Part shown: positions 1-9,519 of the stretch, in pieces
Numbering within the stretch: position 1 is the first letter of the stretch
How the letters are laid out: each line of letters begins with the position of its first letter
Assembly (NCBI GenBank): GCA_016882195.1
Contig: VGLU01000001.1
Location: 102,001 to 166,000, forward strand
Reading direction: 5' to 3'
Source: Thermoproteota archaeon
Lineage (GTDB): Archaea; Thermoproteota; Methanomethylicia; Methanomethylicales; Methanomethylicaceae
Length of the DNA: 64,000 nt
The notes under the pieces: generated by a model
What the model was told of the DNA's origin: nothing
The model's input: the letters and a program-made list of their open reading frames with translations, nothing else
The model's database searches: none
Program-made: the position numbers and the translations under genes

Positions 1-493
1 GGACTGTGAGAAGGTCTCCGGCCTGGCGAGGGTGATAAGGGGGCTTGTGGTGCCGGCGCTGGAGAACGTGCCGCTCTGGCACGAGAGGGACCTCACAGAC
101 TCGAGCAGCGAGAGGTTCATCATACCCCTTACGTTCATAATATTGGACGAGATGCTCCTCACGCTTGTCAATGTACTGAGGAACCTAAGGATCTTTCCGG
201 AGAACATGCAGAGGAACTTGGAGACGACGAAGGGAGCGATACTCACCGAGGCTGTCATGATGGCGCTTGCGAGGAAGGGTATGGGAAGGCAGAGGGCGCA
301 CGAGGTGCTCAGGGGCGTCTCCGTGAGGGCGTTCAGTGAGGGAGTTCCATTAAGGGACCTTCTTTGCAAGACGCCTGAGGTCACTGCGTACCTATCTAAG
401 AAGGAGGTAGAGGAGCTGACCAAGCCTGAGAACTACGTGGGCAGGGTCAGAGAGCTGATAGACAGGGCAGTGAGGTACGCGAGGAGCGTCTGA
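1..493 (+). CDS. purB: adenylosuccinate lyase, C-terminal fragment (5' end outside window)
   Basis: Open in frame from the window edge. ..ALENVPLWHERDLTDSSSERF.. and the following helices match the conserved fumarate-lyase/PurB C-terminal region. Confidence 0.85.
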   Translation, partial: DCEKVSGLARVIRGLVVPALENVPLWHERDLTDSSSERFIIPLTFIILDEMLLTLVNVLRNLRIFPENMQRNLETTKGAILTEAVMMALARKGMGRQRAHEVLRGVSVRAFSEGVPLRDLLCKTPEVTAYLSKKEVEELTKPENYVGRVRELIDRAVRYARSV

Positions 494-613
494 GTTCTTT
501 TCCCCTCGGCAACTTTTCTGATTGCAAGCGCCTACAGTGGTGTATAACCGTAAGAGATAACATAATATTTTGCTTCTTTAACAATGTTCATTTAGAATGA
601 AGGTTGCAACCGG

Positions 614-1813
614 ATGGAGCAGAAGGAAAAGAGTCTGATTGTCGGCATCTCGACCAACATCATCTTCCTGGGAGTGGTGAGCTTCTTCACCGACATCAGC
701 ACTGAGATCGTCGTCGCTCTCCTGCCGACCTTCCTTGTGCTCCAGCTCGGAGCCACGCCGGAGATTGTCGGCGGTATCGAGGGCGCGGCCGAGAGCATCA
801 CATCCTTCCTGAAGCTGATCTCGGGGGCTATAGCCGACAAGACCGGCAAGAGGAAGAGCCTCACGCTCGTGGGATATGGTCTATCGAATGTAGTGAAGCC
901 CTTCATGGGGTTCGTCGGCAACTGGGAGCAGGTCCTCGGACTGAGGATGACGGACAGGGTGGGGAAGGGTCTCAGGACCCCTCCAAGGGACGCCATGATA
1001 GCCGATTCCACGCAGGAGAAGAAGATGGGCAGAGCCTTCGGCATCCACAGGACCCTAGATCAGATGGGGGCGGTAGTCGGACCGGTTATAGCATTCCTGC
1101 TCTTCGTTCCCTTGGGGTATCAGGGCATCTTCCTGTTCACGGCCATTCCCGGTGCCATAGCCGTTGCGGTACTGTTCATATTCGTGAAGGAGCCGCCGAG
1201 GAGGAACAGCGCCCCGAATGCCTCGCTGAAGAATGCAAGGAGCCTGCTCAACAGAACCTTTTCAATGTACCTCGGCTCGGCCACGCTCTACGCGATTGCC
1301 GCAATAAGCTATGCATTCATCCTGCTGAGGGCGGTGGAGCTTGGAGTTCCCAAGGAGGTCACACCGCTCGTCTACGCCGGGATACAGGTCTTCCACGTCT
1401 TTGCCAGCCTCCCGGCCGGGGAGATCTCGGACAGGCTCGGGAGGGTCAGGGCGATTCAGCTTGGCTACCTCTTCCTGCTGCTCTCCTTCGTGGTCATCGC
1501 GCTGGCTCCTAACGCGTGGGTCTTGGTTCTCGGCGTGGCGCTCTACGGCACGCACCAAGGCATCGTGGAGACATCGCAGAGGGCGATAATACCGAGCCTC
1601 GTCACGGAGGAGTACAGGGGAACAGCGTACGGTCTTTACAACACGCTCATTGGCATCGTGACCTTCCCCACGAACTTGATTGCTGGCTTCCTCTTTACGA
1701 TTAACGGTTCCTATACCTTCTATTACGGCGCCGTGTTCGCGGTCTTGGCTTCGCTGACCATGGCTTTAACACAAAGAGAGGGCAACAAACAGGCAACAAA
1801 GAGGGGACTTTAA
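614..1813 (+). CDS. MFS transporter
   Basis: 399 aa and multi-TM. Has the MFS loop motif ..DRVGKGLRTPPRDAMIA.. plus a second ..GEISDRLGRVRA.. repeat. Confidence 0.85.
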   Translation: MEQKEKSLIVGISTNIIFLGVVSFFTDISTEIVVALLPTFLVLQLGATPEIVGGIEGAAESITSFLKLISGAIADKTGKRKSLTLVGYGLSNVVKPFMGFVGNWEQVLGLRMTDRVGKGLRTPPRDAMIADSTQEKKMGRAFGIHRTLDQMGAVVGPVIAFLLFVPLGYQGIFLFTAIPGAIAVAVLFIFVKEPPRRNSAPNASLKNARSLLNRTFSMYLGSATLYAIAAISYAFILLRAVELGVPKEVTPLVYAGIQVFHVFASLPAGEISDRLGRVRAIQLGYLFLLLSFVVIALAPNAWVLVLGVALYGTHQGIVETSQRAIIPSLVTEEYRGTAYGLYNTLIGIVTFPTNLIAGFLFTINGSYTFYYGAVFAVLASLTMALTQREGNKQATKRGL

Positions 1814-2002
1814 ACACCGGCAGAAGAGGTAGGCGCCAATGGGTCGTTTTCCGCGATTTCTATCCCGATTGCTCACCGCATTCTGTCTTTAGACCCTCTT
1901 GCCATAGTAAGGCTCAGCATTACGATGAATCACCAAGATGTAGTACCAAGAGAACGGTTTGGGATCGTAGATTAGTACCTTTACGTTCGGGAGGGGAAAA
2001 GG

Positions 2003-2010
2003 TTTAAATA
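2003..2010 (+). promoter_or_regulatory. TATA-box-like element (TTTAAATA) preceded by a purine-rich BRE-like GAAAAGG
   Basis: Sits about 28 nt upstream of ATG 2035. This spacing is typical of archaeal leaderless transcripts. Confidence 0.35.
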
Positions 2011-2034
2011 ATTTCTGTGAGCACCCTATGCTTT

Positions 2035-2154
2035 ATGTTTGCCCCAATCTCTGAGATAGCCATTACCTCTTGGGTAGCTTCGACCATGGGTATCGCCGTC
2101 ATCGGTCTAGCAGCAGTTCTAGTAACCTATTTCTTTTTGAAGAAGAGAAAGTAG
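2035..2154 (+). CDS. orphan 39-aa single-TM peptide with basic tail (MFAPISEIAITSWVASTMGIAVIGLAAVLVTYFFLKKRK)
   Basis: Hand-translated because it is below the ORF-track size cutoff. One hydrophobic helix plus a KKRK end resembles a C-terminal membrane anchor. A promoter-like box lies upstream. Confidence 0.3.
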   Translation: MFAPISEIAITSWVASTMGIAVIGLAAVLVTYFFLKKRK

Positions 2155-2318
2155 GAATAGGGCTCTGCGGATTTTATGCCCAAAAAGGCTTTCGCCTATG
2201 AGTAGGCTATACTGCCCTCCCCCAAGTTTCCAATGTTTTTTTTTGGTGGCGTGCTGAGTAAGGGGAGATGCCGCGACAGAGTTTGTAGCAGCAAAAGGTT
2301 TGCCAACAGTGCCTACGC

Positions 2319-2399
2319 TTCTACTCCGGTGCTCTGTTCGCGGTGTTAGTCTCGCTGGTCAAAGCAATGGCACAGAGGCAGATCGGCAGAGGTAAGTAG
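2319..2399 (+). pseudogene. remnant of the 3' end of an MFS-transporter paralog
   Basis: Translates to FYSGALFAVLVSLVKAMAQRQIGRGK*. The C-terminus of the intact MFS gene at 1720-1813 reads FYYGAVFAVLASLTMALTQREGNK... The nucleotide similarity is visible, and no upstream coding continuation exists. Confidence 0.45.
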
Positions 2400-2417
2400 A
2401 GGAATAAAATACTTTTA

Positions 2418-2861
2418 ATGGAGGGCAAATTCATGCCAGAGGACGCGATCAGGAGGGCAGCGGAGATAATAACAGAAGTGAAACTCACCCCGCAGGACGT
2501 AGAGGCATACGAAAGATGCGAGATAATATCAGACCTTATGGATGATGAGATGCTGAGGCAGGTTGATGATGAGGAGCTTCGGAAGATACTTCAGGAGATG
2601 AGAAGGCTGCACGTGGAGGTTAGAAGGATGAACTATGCGGCCTACATCGATGTGGCCAAAGAGCTGTTCGGGAAAATTCCAGATAAGAGGTACGTCCTAA
2701 AATATCACGAATTGGAGGGGTTATGCAAAAAGATCGGCGAGCAGGAGATTAGACGGATTAAGGATGCAAATGTTAGAGGCACCCTAGTTAAGGTTAAGCA
2801 CATCCACGACGACATAGCCAATAAAAAAGCAAATGTGATCAGAAGGATTAAACTGTACTAA
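2418..2861 (+). CDS. hypothetical protein (charged, helical)
   Basis: 147-aa ORF with no recognisable motif. A TATA-like AATAAAATA at 2403-2411 suggests the real start may be Met 2433. Confidence 0.5.
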   Translation: MEGKFMPEDAIRRAAEIITEVKLTPQDVEAYERCEIISDLMDDEMLRQVDDEELRKILQEMRRLHVEVRRMNYAAYIDVAKELFGKIPDKRYVLKYHELEGLCKKIGEQEIRRIKDANVRGTLVKVKHIHDDIANKKANVIRRIKLY

Positions 2862-2881
2862 AGAAGGATGAGGGCAGGGTT

Positions 2882-4050
2882 TTATCGTGTTTTGCTCTTC
2901 AGCAAACGCAGTACAAAGTAGGAGGGCATGGACGAGAAGAGGGCATTGAGTGGGGCGATGCCCACCTCCAAGAAGTACCCCACAGCGGAGCCGACGAGCC
3001 AGGAGAGGACGCCCACGAGGTTGGTACCGTCCCTTGCCGCCATCTTTCTCTTAGAGAGCAGGCAGTACTCCGCTAGGTTGATCCCGATGAAGGGTGGGAG
3101 GAGGATCCCGATCAGCCTGAGAAATATCGTCAACTGCTCCACGATGCCTAGGTATGCCAGCACAAGACCCACCAGAGCTGCCGGGATAGTCGCGTAGTTT
3201 CTCGGAATCTTCACTATGTTTGCCAAGGCGAGCGTCGGCGGGTAGAGGGAGGATGCGGCTGCGGCGCTGCCGAGGAACAACAGCAGGTTTGCCAATAATG
3301 GCATGCTTATGGCAATGAGGGCAAATACTGGGTTCGGTATTAGGCTGTAGGCACCCATCAAGTTCCCCGAGATTAAGGTGAAGAGGATCAGCGGGAGCAC
3401 TACCCCGAAGGTCGTGATCCGCAGGTCCCTCCTGCTCCTCGTATCCTTGACGAAGTCGGGCGAGACGGTAGAGATGGACATGGCACCGCCTATGGCCAGC
3501 CCGGATGCGTGGAGCAACCTCTCCGTCGAGAGGGAGGGTGCCGAAAAGGTCGGACCTTGGGTCAGTATCGCGTAGAGGGCCCACAGCGCAAATACCGCTG
3601 TGAGGGAGGCCATTACCTTGGTGAAGTCGGAGAGCCGTCTGAAGCCGGAGTAGGTGACCGCCGCAACCGCAACGCCGAAGAGCGTGATCATGAGCAGACG
3701 GTCGAGACCGGTCAACTGGGAGAGGGCCTCTCCGCCCAGTGTTACGTTTACGGAGTACCAGCCGACCTGAGTTATCGTTATCAGCGAGGAGGCTAGAAAC
3801 CTGGAACCGTTGATACCCAGAGAGGCGTCCATCAGCCTTGTGAAGGATAGGTGCTCCTTTGCACCCACGCCGCCGTGGAAGTAGATGATGGGGGTGAACG
3901 TCACGCGGCGATGACCGAGGTTGCCACGGCGTACCAGAAGGGCACGAGGGTTCCCAGCGTGCTCCCCACCGTGAGTACGGCCGGGCTGACGAAGATAACG
4001 CCCAGAGTCGGTGCCACCTTCGTCCAGGGGTAGAGCTCGACCTTGTCCAT
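2882..4050 (-). pseudogene. cytosine/purine (CodB/NCS1-like) permease, frameshifted
   Basis: The plausible N-terminus MDKVELYPWTKVAPTLGVIFVSPAVLTVGSTLGTLVPFWYAVATSVIAA* (4050-3901) is in a different frame from the remaining multi-TM body (VTFTPIIYFHGGVGAKEHLSF..TQVGWYSV.. to 2882). The ORF-track N-terminal extension to 4135 is R/G-rich nonsense. Confidence 0.7.
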
Positions 4051-4144
4051 AGGGATCACTTATTGTGCTGGGGGCGATGCGTGAATGACCTTTTATGGAT
4101 TTGTGGGGATAAAAAGGTAGGTTTTTGCTCCTCAAACTATCGGT

Positions 4145-5200
4145 CTACAGCGATGCGAGGATCCTATTGACGATGGCTTGGAAGTCCTTGCTCTTGTAGC
4201 CCTCGATTCTACCCTCGTCGCATGCCTTTGAGAGCTCCGGGTCTATCGGCAATGAACCGAGGAACTTTGTGTCGATCTTTTCCGCCAGTAACCTTCCCCT
4301 AGAATCACCGAACAGGTTTATCTTCTCACCGCAATTCGGGCACTTGACGTAACTCATGTTCTCGATCACTCCCAGTATCGGCACGTTGAGTCTCTGCGAC
4401 ATGTTGGCTGCCTTCGAGACGATCATGCCCGCAAGCTCCTGCGGCGAGGTGACCACTACTATCCCGTCCACCGGCAGGAGCTGCATCACTGTAAGCTGCG
4501 CGTCGCTGGTCCCCGGCGGGAGGTCCACGATGAGGTAGTCCAGCTCACCCCAGTCCACATCAACGTAGAACTGCCTTATGGCGCTGCTAACGAGGGGACC
4601 CCTCCAGATGATGGGCGCCTCCTGGTCCCCTGTGATGAGGTTCATGGAGATGATCTTTATCCCGCCCTTCGAGGCCGACGGAACTATCTTGCCTGCCTTT
4701 ACGAGGGGGGGTGCGATTGCCCCAAAGATCTTTGGTATGCTCGGACCGGTTATGTCAGCATCCAGGACACCGACTTTCAACCCCTTCCTCGAGAACTCCA
4801 CGGCAAGCATGGCTGCTACGGAGGATTTGCCGACGCCGCCCTTCCCAGAGAGGACCGTGAGTATATTCTTTATTCCCTTCTTCGGGAGTTTCTCCGGCAA
4901 CTGCGGGGTCTTGCCCTTTGACCTGACTTTCTCAACGAGCCTGTTCAGCTCCTCCTCACTCATAACGGTAAGCTCCACGTTGACCTTGCCGATGCCTTCG
5001 AGGCTACGGATGGCCTCCTCAGAACTCTTCCTCAGCTTGTTGGCCAAGGGGCATGTTTCAGAGGTCAGCGCCAAAACAACCGAGACGGAGGCGCCCTCGA
5101 CGCTTATTCCCCGTACCATCTCCGCCGAGACAATGTCCATCCCCAGCTCTGGATCCATTACATTTTTCAAAGCTTTGAGAACCTCATCCTTTGTGACCAT
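4145..5200 (-). CDS. Mrp/NBP35 (ApbC-type) Fe-S cluster carrier ATPase with N-terminal DUF59-like domain
   Basis: Deviant Walker A ..SGKGGVGKSS.., a C-terminal CPNCG motif, and an N-terminal ..VMDPELGMDIV.. motif. Confidence 0.85.
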   Translation of the reverse strand: MVTKDEVLKALKNVMDPELGMDIVSAEMVRGISVEGASVSVVLALTSETCPLANKLRKSSEEAIRSLEGIGKVNVELTVMSEEELNRLVEKVRSKGKTPQLPEKLPKKGIKNILTVLSGKGGVGKSSVAAMLAVEFSRKGLKVGVLDADITGPSIPKIFGAIAPPLVKAGKIVPSASKGGIKIISMNLITGDQEAPIIWRGPLVSSAIRQFYVDVDWGELDYLIVDLPPGTSDAQLTVMQLLPVDGIVVVTSPQELAGMIVSKAANMSQRLNVPILGVIENMSYVKCPNCGEKINLFGDSRGRLLAEKIDTKFLGSLPIDPELSKACDEGRIEGYKSKDFQAIVNRILASL

Positions 5201-5298
5201 GAGAACACCTTTTGATAGGGTTTTAGAGGCTTGGGCGATCTTATAAATCTCTCCAGCAGGACGAAAGAGTTTTTAAGACGGATGGATAAACTATCCAT

Positions 5299-5871
5299 AT
5301 GATGAATATGAAGAGCGGGGTGCCGAGGACCAAGAAGATAACGTACACGGCTATCCTCATAGCCCTGGCCGTGTCGCTCAGGCTCATCAAGCATGCCCTC
5401 TTCGGCCCGATGCAGTTCGTGAATTTCCCGGGTATATTCACATTGATATCAGGGGTGCTGTTTGGACCAGTAACAGGGATAACTGTTGGGTTTGCCTCTT
5501 ACGTGTTCTCAGACATCTTGATAGGTCTGCCAGGGCCATGGACAGCGGTGAACGCGTTTTTCATGGCGATTCTGGGGCTCATCAGCGGGTTGATCTGGAG
5601 TAGAAAGGACAAAACCAAGATTTCCAAGGCGGGACTTGGGATAGGTGCATTTATGCTGATGTTTGCCTTTGATATCACATCGTCATGGCTCCTCCTGATA
5701 ACAATGGGTGTTGAGTGGTTCACGGCACTTGTGATTGGATTGATCGGTTTGTTCATGCCCGCATCAGGTGGTTTCCTCATCGCAGTAGGTCCGCTAACCG
5801 AGGGGACAACAGCAGTCCTGACTGTGATGTTAGTCCATGCATTGGTTAGAGGCATTAAGAGAGTCAACTAA
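5299..5871 (+). CDS. ECF-transporter S-component-like membrane protein
   Basis: 190 aa with about 6 TM helices. The pattern ..TYTAILIALAVSLRLI..FPGIFTLISGVLFGP.. is typical of S components. The assignment is from memory. Confidence 0.5.
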   Translation: MMNMKSGVPRTKKITYTAILIALAVSLRLIKHALFGPMQFVNFPGIFTLISGVLFGPVTGITVGFASYVFSDILIGLPGPWTAVNAFFMAILGLISGLIWSRKDKTKISKAGLGIGAFMLMFAFDITSSWLLLITMGVEWFTALVIGLIGLFMPASGGFLIAVGPLTEGTTAVLTVMLVHALVRGIKRVN

Positions 5872-6011
5872 AGTTGAATGTGATTTTTTATTAAAGCAAA
5901 TCCGCACAGATAGTCAAAGGTCACCTACGCTAATAATGTTTGGTTCCCGGTCAAAACTGTTATCTAAAAAGAAGGGAAAAGGGAATGTTTTGTTTATCAT
6001 AAACGCTAAGC

Positions 6012-6461
6012 TTAGAATTGTTTCAGCGACCACATTACTATTTCATTGTCGTGCAGTGCGTAATCAGTGGTTGCGATCCATACAATTTCCCATTTCCCGT
6101 TGCTCCAGGTATCATAAACCCAGTATCGATTGGCTGCGACGTCTTGACTGACGCCGTTTATCCCTGTCACAAAAGTCCCTAAAGGAGATGTTGTATAATT
6201 CAGAGTTGCCACTTTTTGCGTGGCATTAAAGAGGGAAAAGCCTATTGGTATGTAAGTGTCATTATGCCACTCTATTGTGCCGTTTCCATAGTTGATCGCA
6301 ATGTTTACCTTGATCCCGAGGTTATTGACGAGAGACTGGAGATTTGATATCGTGGTCTGTTGGTTCTGGGAGATCTGGTAGTAGTTTACCGCGCCTGCTG
6401 TGGCGCCCACGGCCCAGATAAGGAAGACAAGCGAGATTACCACCCAGATGTTTGCCTTCAT
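6012..6461 (-). CDS. DUF4430-like (transcobalamin beta-domain-like) secreted/anchored protein
   Basis: Signal-anchor MKANIWVVISLVFLIWAV, then ..GTFVTGINGV..ANRYWVYDTWSNGKW... The start is moved to Met 6461. The gene looks AT-richer than its neighbours. Confidence 0.55.
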   Translation of the reverse strand: MKANIWVVISLVFLIWAVGATAGAVNYYQISQNQQTTISNLQSLVNNLGIKVNIAINYGNGTIEWHNDTYIPIGFSLFNATQKVATLNYTTSPLGTFVTGINGVSQDVAANRYWVYDTWSNGKWEIVWIATTDYALHDNEIVMWSLKQF

Positions 6462-6552
6462 ATCGATCACATTATGGATAGATAATCCATCCATATAAAA
6501 GTTGCCGTCTACTGGAGGTGACACATTTATAGGTTATCGAAAATTCAGAATA

Positions 6553-7005
6553 ATGGCGTCCAAAATGCGCAAGCCCGTACCCGATCTGGAGATGGAGATC
6601 GTGGACTCCCTTCCGGGTTTTTCGTGCAGGCGGTGTGCCAGGTGTTGCACGGGCAAGGTTATTGCCTTATACGATCGCGATATGGAGAGGATCAGATCAC
6701 ACGTGAAGGAGAGGTACTGCGAGAGGACGAGCACCGTCGAGAGGGCGCTCACGGGCGCCAGGTACAAGATGCGGATGGTGGACGGAGGGTGCGTCTTCCT
6801 CGAGAAGGGACTCTGCAGGCACTACGACCTCAGACCGAATACCTGCAGGAGGCACCCCTTCATCGTCTCGGAGGGGCACAAGCTCGTCGCGTCAACGTGC
6901 CCGGGAGTTGAGTGGTCATCAGAGCAGGGCGAGGGTGAGTACCGGTCGCTCTCCAAGGGTATCGCAGAAAAGATCGACCTATTTTTGGATAACCATGCCA
7001 GATGA
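6553..7005 (+). CDS. YkgJ/UPF0153-type cysteine-cluster (zinc/iron-chelating) protein
   Basis: ..FSCRRCARCCTG.. and ..GGCVFLEKGLCRHYDLRPNTCRRHPF... The ORF-track TTG 6502 directly abuts a TATA-like box (6492-6500), so ATG 6553 is preferred. Confidence 0.7.
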   Translation: MASKMRKPVPDLEMEIVDSLPGFSCRRCARCCTGKVIALYDRDMERIRSHVKERYCERTSTVERALTGARYKMRMVDGGCVFLEKGLCRHYDLRPNTCRRHPFIVSEGHKLVASTCPGVEWSSEQGEGEYRSLSKGIAEKIDLFLDNHAR

Positions 7006-7025
7006 GGGCTTGTTCGGGACTCGGC

Positions 7026-8033
7026 TCACTTCTCTACCGATTCCAGACGGAAACCAGTCCCTGAGAGGGACGCTTGGATCGGCGAGCCGCCCACGACGCG
7101 TATGGCCACGGAGACCTCCTCGATCCTGTTCGGGCAGAGGGCGATCATGCAACCTCCTCCGCCGGCACCCGTCATCTTCGAGCCTATGGCTCCAGCGCTC
7201 CTCGCGGAGTAGACCATGTCGTTCAGCCTTCTGGAAGAGACCCCTAGGGACTCGAGCTGACCGTGGTTCATGTTCATGAGGACCCCTAGGGATACGAGAT
7301 CACCCTTCACTAGGGCGATCCTTGCCTCCTCAACTATCTCGTGGATGGTGCTCAGGATCGAATCCACGGCAGCGGGATGAGCCTTCCTCAGTTCACGCAC
7401 CCTCTTCAGGAGCTCTCCGGTCCTAGCCTCGCGTTCGGTGTAGCCAATAATGGACGGCAGCGGGAATGAGATCTTCAGCCTCTCTATGTAGGGATCGGGC
7501 CTCGTCGGCCGCAGGTAGATTGTGCCGCCGTACGTGGAGATGGCGGTGTCCATCGGGCTGGCGGCGCCCTGCACCTCGAATTCGGTGGCATGGCCGAGCC
7601 GCGCTACCTCCTCCGCCTTCAGCTCGTGACCCAGCAGGCGGGTGTAGGCGGCGACCGTACCAACGGCTATGGCTGCCGATGTTCCTAGACCGGCACCCAC
7701 GGGCATCTCGGACCTTATGGTAACGTTTACGCCCTGTCTCTTCTCGATATGTTTGGAGGCTAGTTCTATCGCCTTTCGGACGTAGCTCATGGCGCCCGCT
7801 ATACGGTTGTAGTCAGTCTCCACGACCAGATCTTTGGAGCCCTCCTTGAATGTCAGTATGAGGCCAGGTATATGCAGGTCGAGGGCGGAGACCTTTATCG
7901 AGGAGTCGCTCCTCTCCTCCACGGTGACGTGAACCCTTCTGTCTATGGCGCTGACCAGAGCCGGCTTACCATAAACAACTGCATGCTCCCCGAACAGGGT
8001 TACTTTGCCGGGTGCGGAGACTGTGACCTTCAT
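7026..8033 (-). CDS. mvk: mevalonate kinase
   Basis: N-terminus ..SAPGKVTLFGEHAVVYGKPAL.. and the GHMP motif ..PVGAGLGTSAA... Confidence 0.9.
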   Translation of the reverse strand: MKVTVSAPGKVTLFGEHAVVYGKPALVSAIDRRVHVTVEERSDSSIKVSALDLHIPGLILTFKEGSKDLVVETDYNRIAGAMSYVRKAIELASKHIEKRQGVNVTIRSEMPVGAGLGTSAAIAVGTVAAYTRLLGHELKAEEVARLGHATEFEVQGAASPMDTAISTYGGTIYLRPTRPDPYIERLKISFPLPSIIGYTEREARTGELLKRVRELRKAHPAAVDSILSTIHEIVEEARIALVKGDLVSLGVLMNMNHGQLESLGVSSRRLNDMVYSARSAGAIGSKMTGAGGGGCMIALCPNRIEEVSVAIRVVGGSPIQASLSGTGFRLESVEK

Positions 8034-8209
8034 GATGATCGACCTTTCACAGCATGATATCGACCGAAACGGCCTTCTTTTACTCTATTCCATCGTTTGA
8101 TATAAAATGTTTCGTCTTGTATCCAAGTCTCGAGGTACAGCCCGCAGAGGGCTATCAAGGTCGGAATAAAAGAAGAGAAGCGGGAAGTGGGAAGTGGAAA
8201 TCGCTTGAA

Positions 8210-9376
8210 TCAGCCTTGCTTGACGGCATCCAGTAGCCTCTGCACCGAGTCGGTCTTCTCCCATGGGAACTCCTTTCTTCCAAAGTGTCCGTAGACAGCG
8301 GTCTGGGCGTAAATCGGCCTGAGGAGCTGTAGCGCATCTATTATCGCCCTTGGTCTTAGGTCAAAAAGCCTCTCGCATGCCCTTAGCAGAACCTCGTCCG
8401 GATACTTACCAGTTCCGAAGGTCTCGACGGAGAAGGCAACGGGCTTTGCAAGGCCGATGGCGTAGGCAAGGTGCACCTCGCATCTCGAGGCGAGGCCTGC
8501 CGCAACTATGTTCTTGGCGATGTACCTGCACATGTATGACCCGGACCTGTCAACCTTTGACGGGTCCTTCCCTGAGAAGCAGCCACCACCGTGCTTCGCG
8601 GTCCCGCCGTAGGAGTCGACCTGAGTCTTCCTGCCCGTAAGGCCAGAGTCCGCGAGCGTCCCGCCTATCACAAACCTCCCGGTTCCGTTGATGACTATCA
8701 AGGTGTCCTTGTCCATGATTTTTTTCGGCATAACCTCCCTTACGACCTTCTCCTCGATGTCCTTCCTCAGCCTCTCGGTACCCACATCATCGCTGTGCTG
8801 TGCGGCTATTACGACAGCAGTGGCCCTCTTTGGCCTGCCGTTCTCGTACTCGATGCTGACCTGTGACTTTCCGTCAGGTCTCAGGTAAGGGAGCATCCTC
8901 TTTTTCCTGCACTCTGCGAGTCTCTTGACCAAGGCGTGGGATAGCATGATTGGCATCGGCATCATCTCAGGTGTTTCGTCGCAGGCGTACCCAAACATCA
9001 CCCCCTGGTCCCCGGCGCCCTGTTCATGACCGGGGGTCTGCGTGACCCCCCGCGAGATGTCAGGCGACTGCTCCGTGATAGAGGTCAGGATTCCGCAGGT
9101 CCTCCAGTCAAGACCGTCCTTCGCGTCGTTGAGACCTATCTCCTTGAGCTTTGAGCGTATCACGGCAGGTATATCCACATAACATTTCGTCGTTATCTGA
9201 CCCGTGACAACTATCATTCCCTGCATGATGAGGGTCTCGCAGTCTACCCTGGCCTCCGGATCTTTTGCCAATATCGCATCTAAAACTGTGTCAGAAATTT
9301 GGTCTGCGACCTTATCCGGGTGTCCCTCTGCCACCGACTCGGAGGTGACTATCCTCTTGGAGTTTTCAATTGACAT
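8210..9376 (-). CDS. metK: S-adenosylmethionine synthetase, bacterial/eukaryal MetK type
   Basis: ..[18 protein letters not shown].., ..[12 protein letters not shown].., ..[17 protein letters not shown]... Confidence 0.95.
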   Translation of the reverse strand: MSIENSKRIVTSESVAEGHPDKVADQISDTVLDAILAKDPEARVDCETLIMQGMIVVTGQITTKCYVDIPAVIRSKLKEIGLNDAKDGLDWRTCGILTSITEQSPDISRGVTQTPGHEQGAGDQGVMFGYACDETPEMMPMPIMLSHALVKRLAECRKKRMLPYLRPDGKSQVSIEYENGRPKRATAVVIAAQHSDDVGTERLRKDIEEKVVREVMPKKIMDKDTLIVINGTGRFVIGGTLADSGLTGRKTQVDSYGGTAKHGGGCFSGKDPSKVDRSGSYMCRYIAKNIVAAGLASRCEVHLAYAIGLAKPVAFSVETFGTGKYPDEVLLRACERLFDLRPRAIIDALQLLRPIYAQTAVYGHFGRKEFPWEKTDSVQRLLDAVKQG

Positions 9377-9519
9377 AACGAACTATTTGGGCGGAAGTCT
9401 ATTTAAACTCTGATTGCGCTCAAGTGGTGCGAATGCCATTTTGGCCAAGATTTATGACGGGTCAAAGATTAAAATACAGGAGACAAATAACCTAAGGCAC
9501 TGATGGGGACCTGCCAATA

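Noticed and set aside
4051-4135. ORF-track start of the permease at 4135 (MRSKNLPFYPHK...)
   Set aside because: The first ~85 residues in that frame are R/G/H-rich and non-membrane. A proper permease N-terminus is found in the adjacent frame starting at 4050.
8170-8200. GGGAAGT GGGAAGT GGAAAT mini-repeat downstream of metK
   Set aside because: There are only two to three short units. On the coding strand it forms a pyrimidine/T-rich tract consistent with an ordinary archaeal terminator region.
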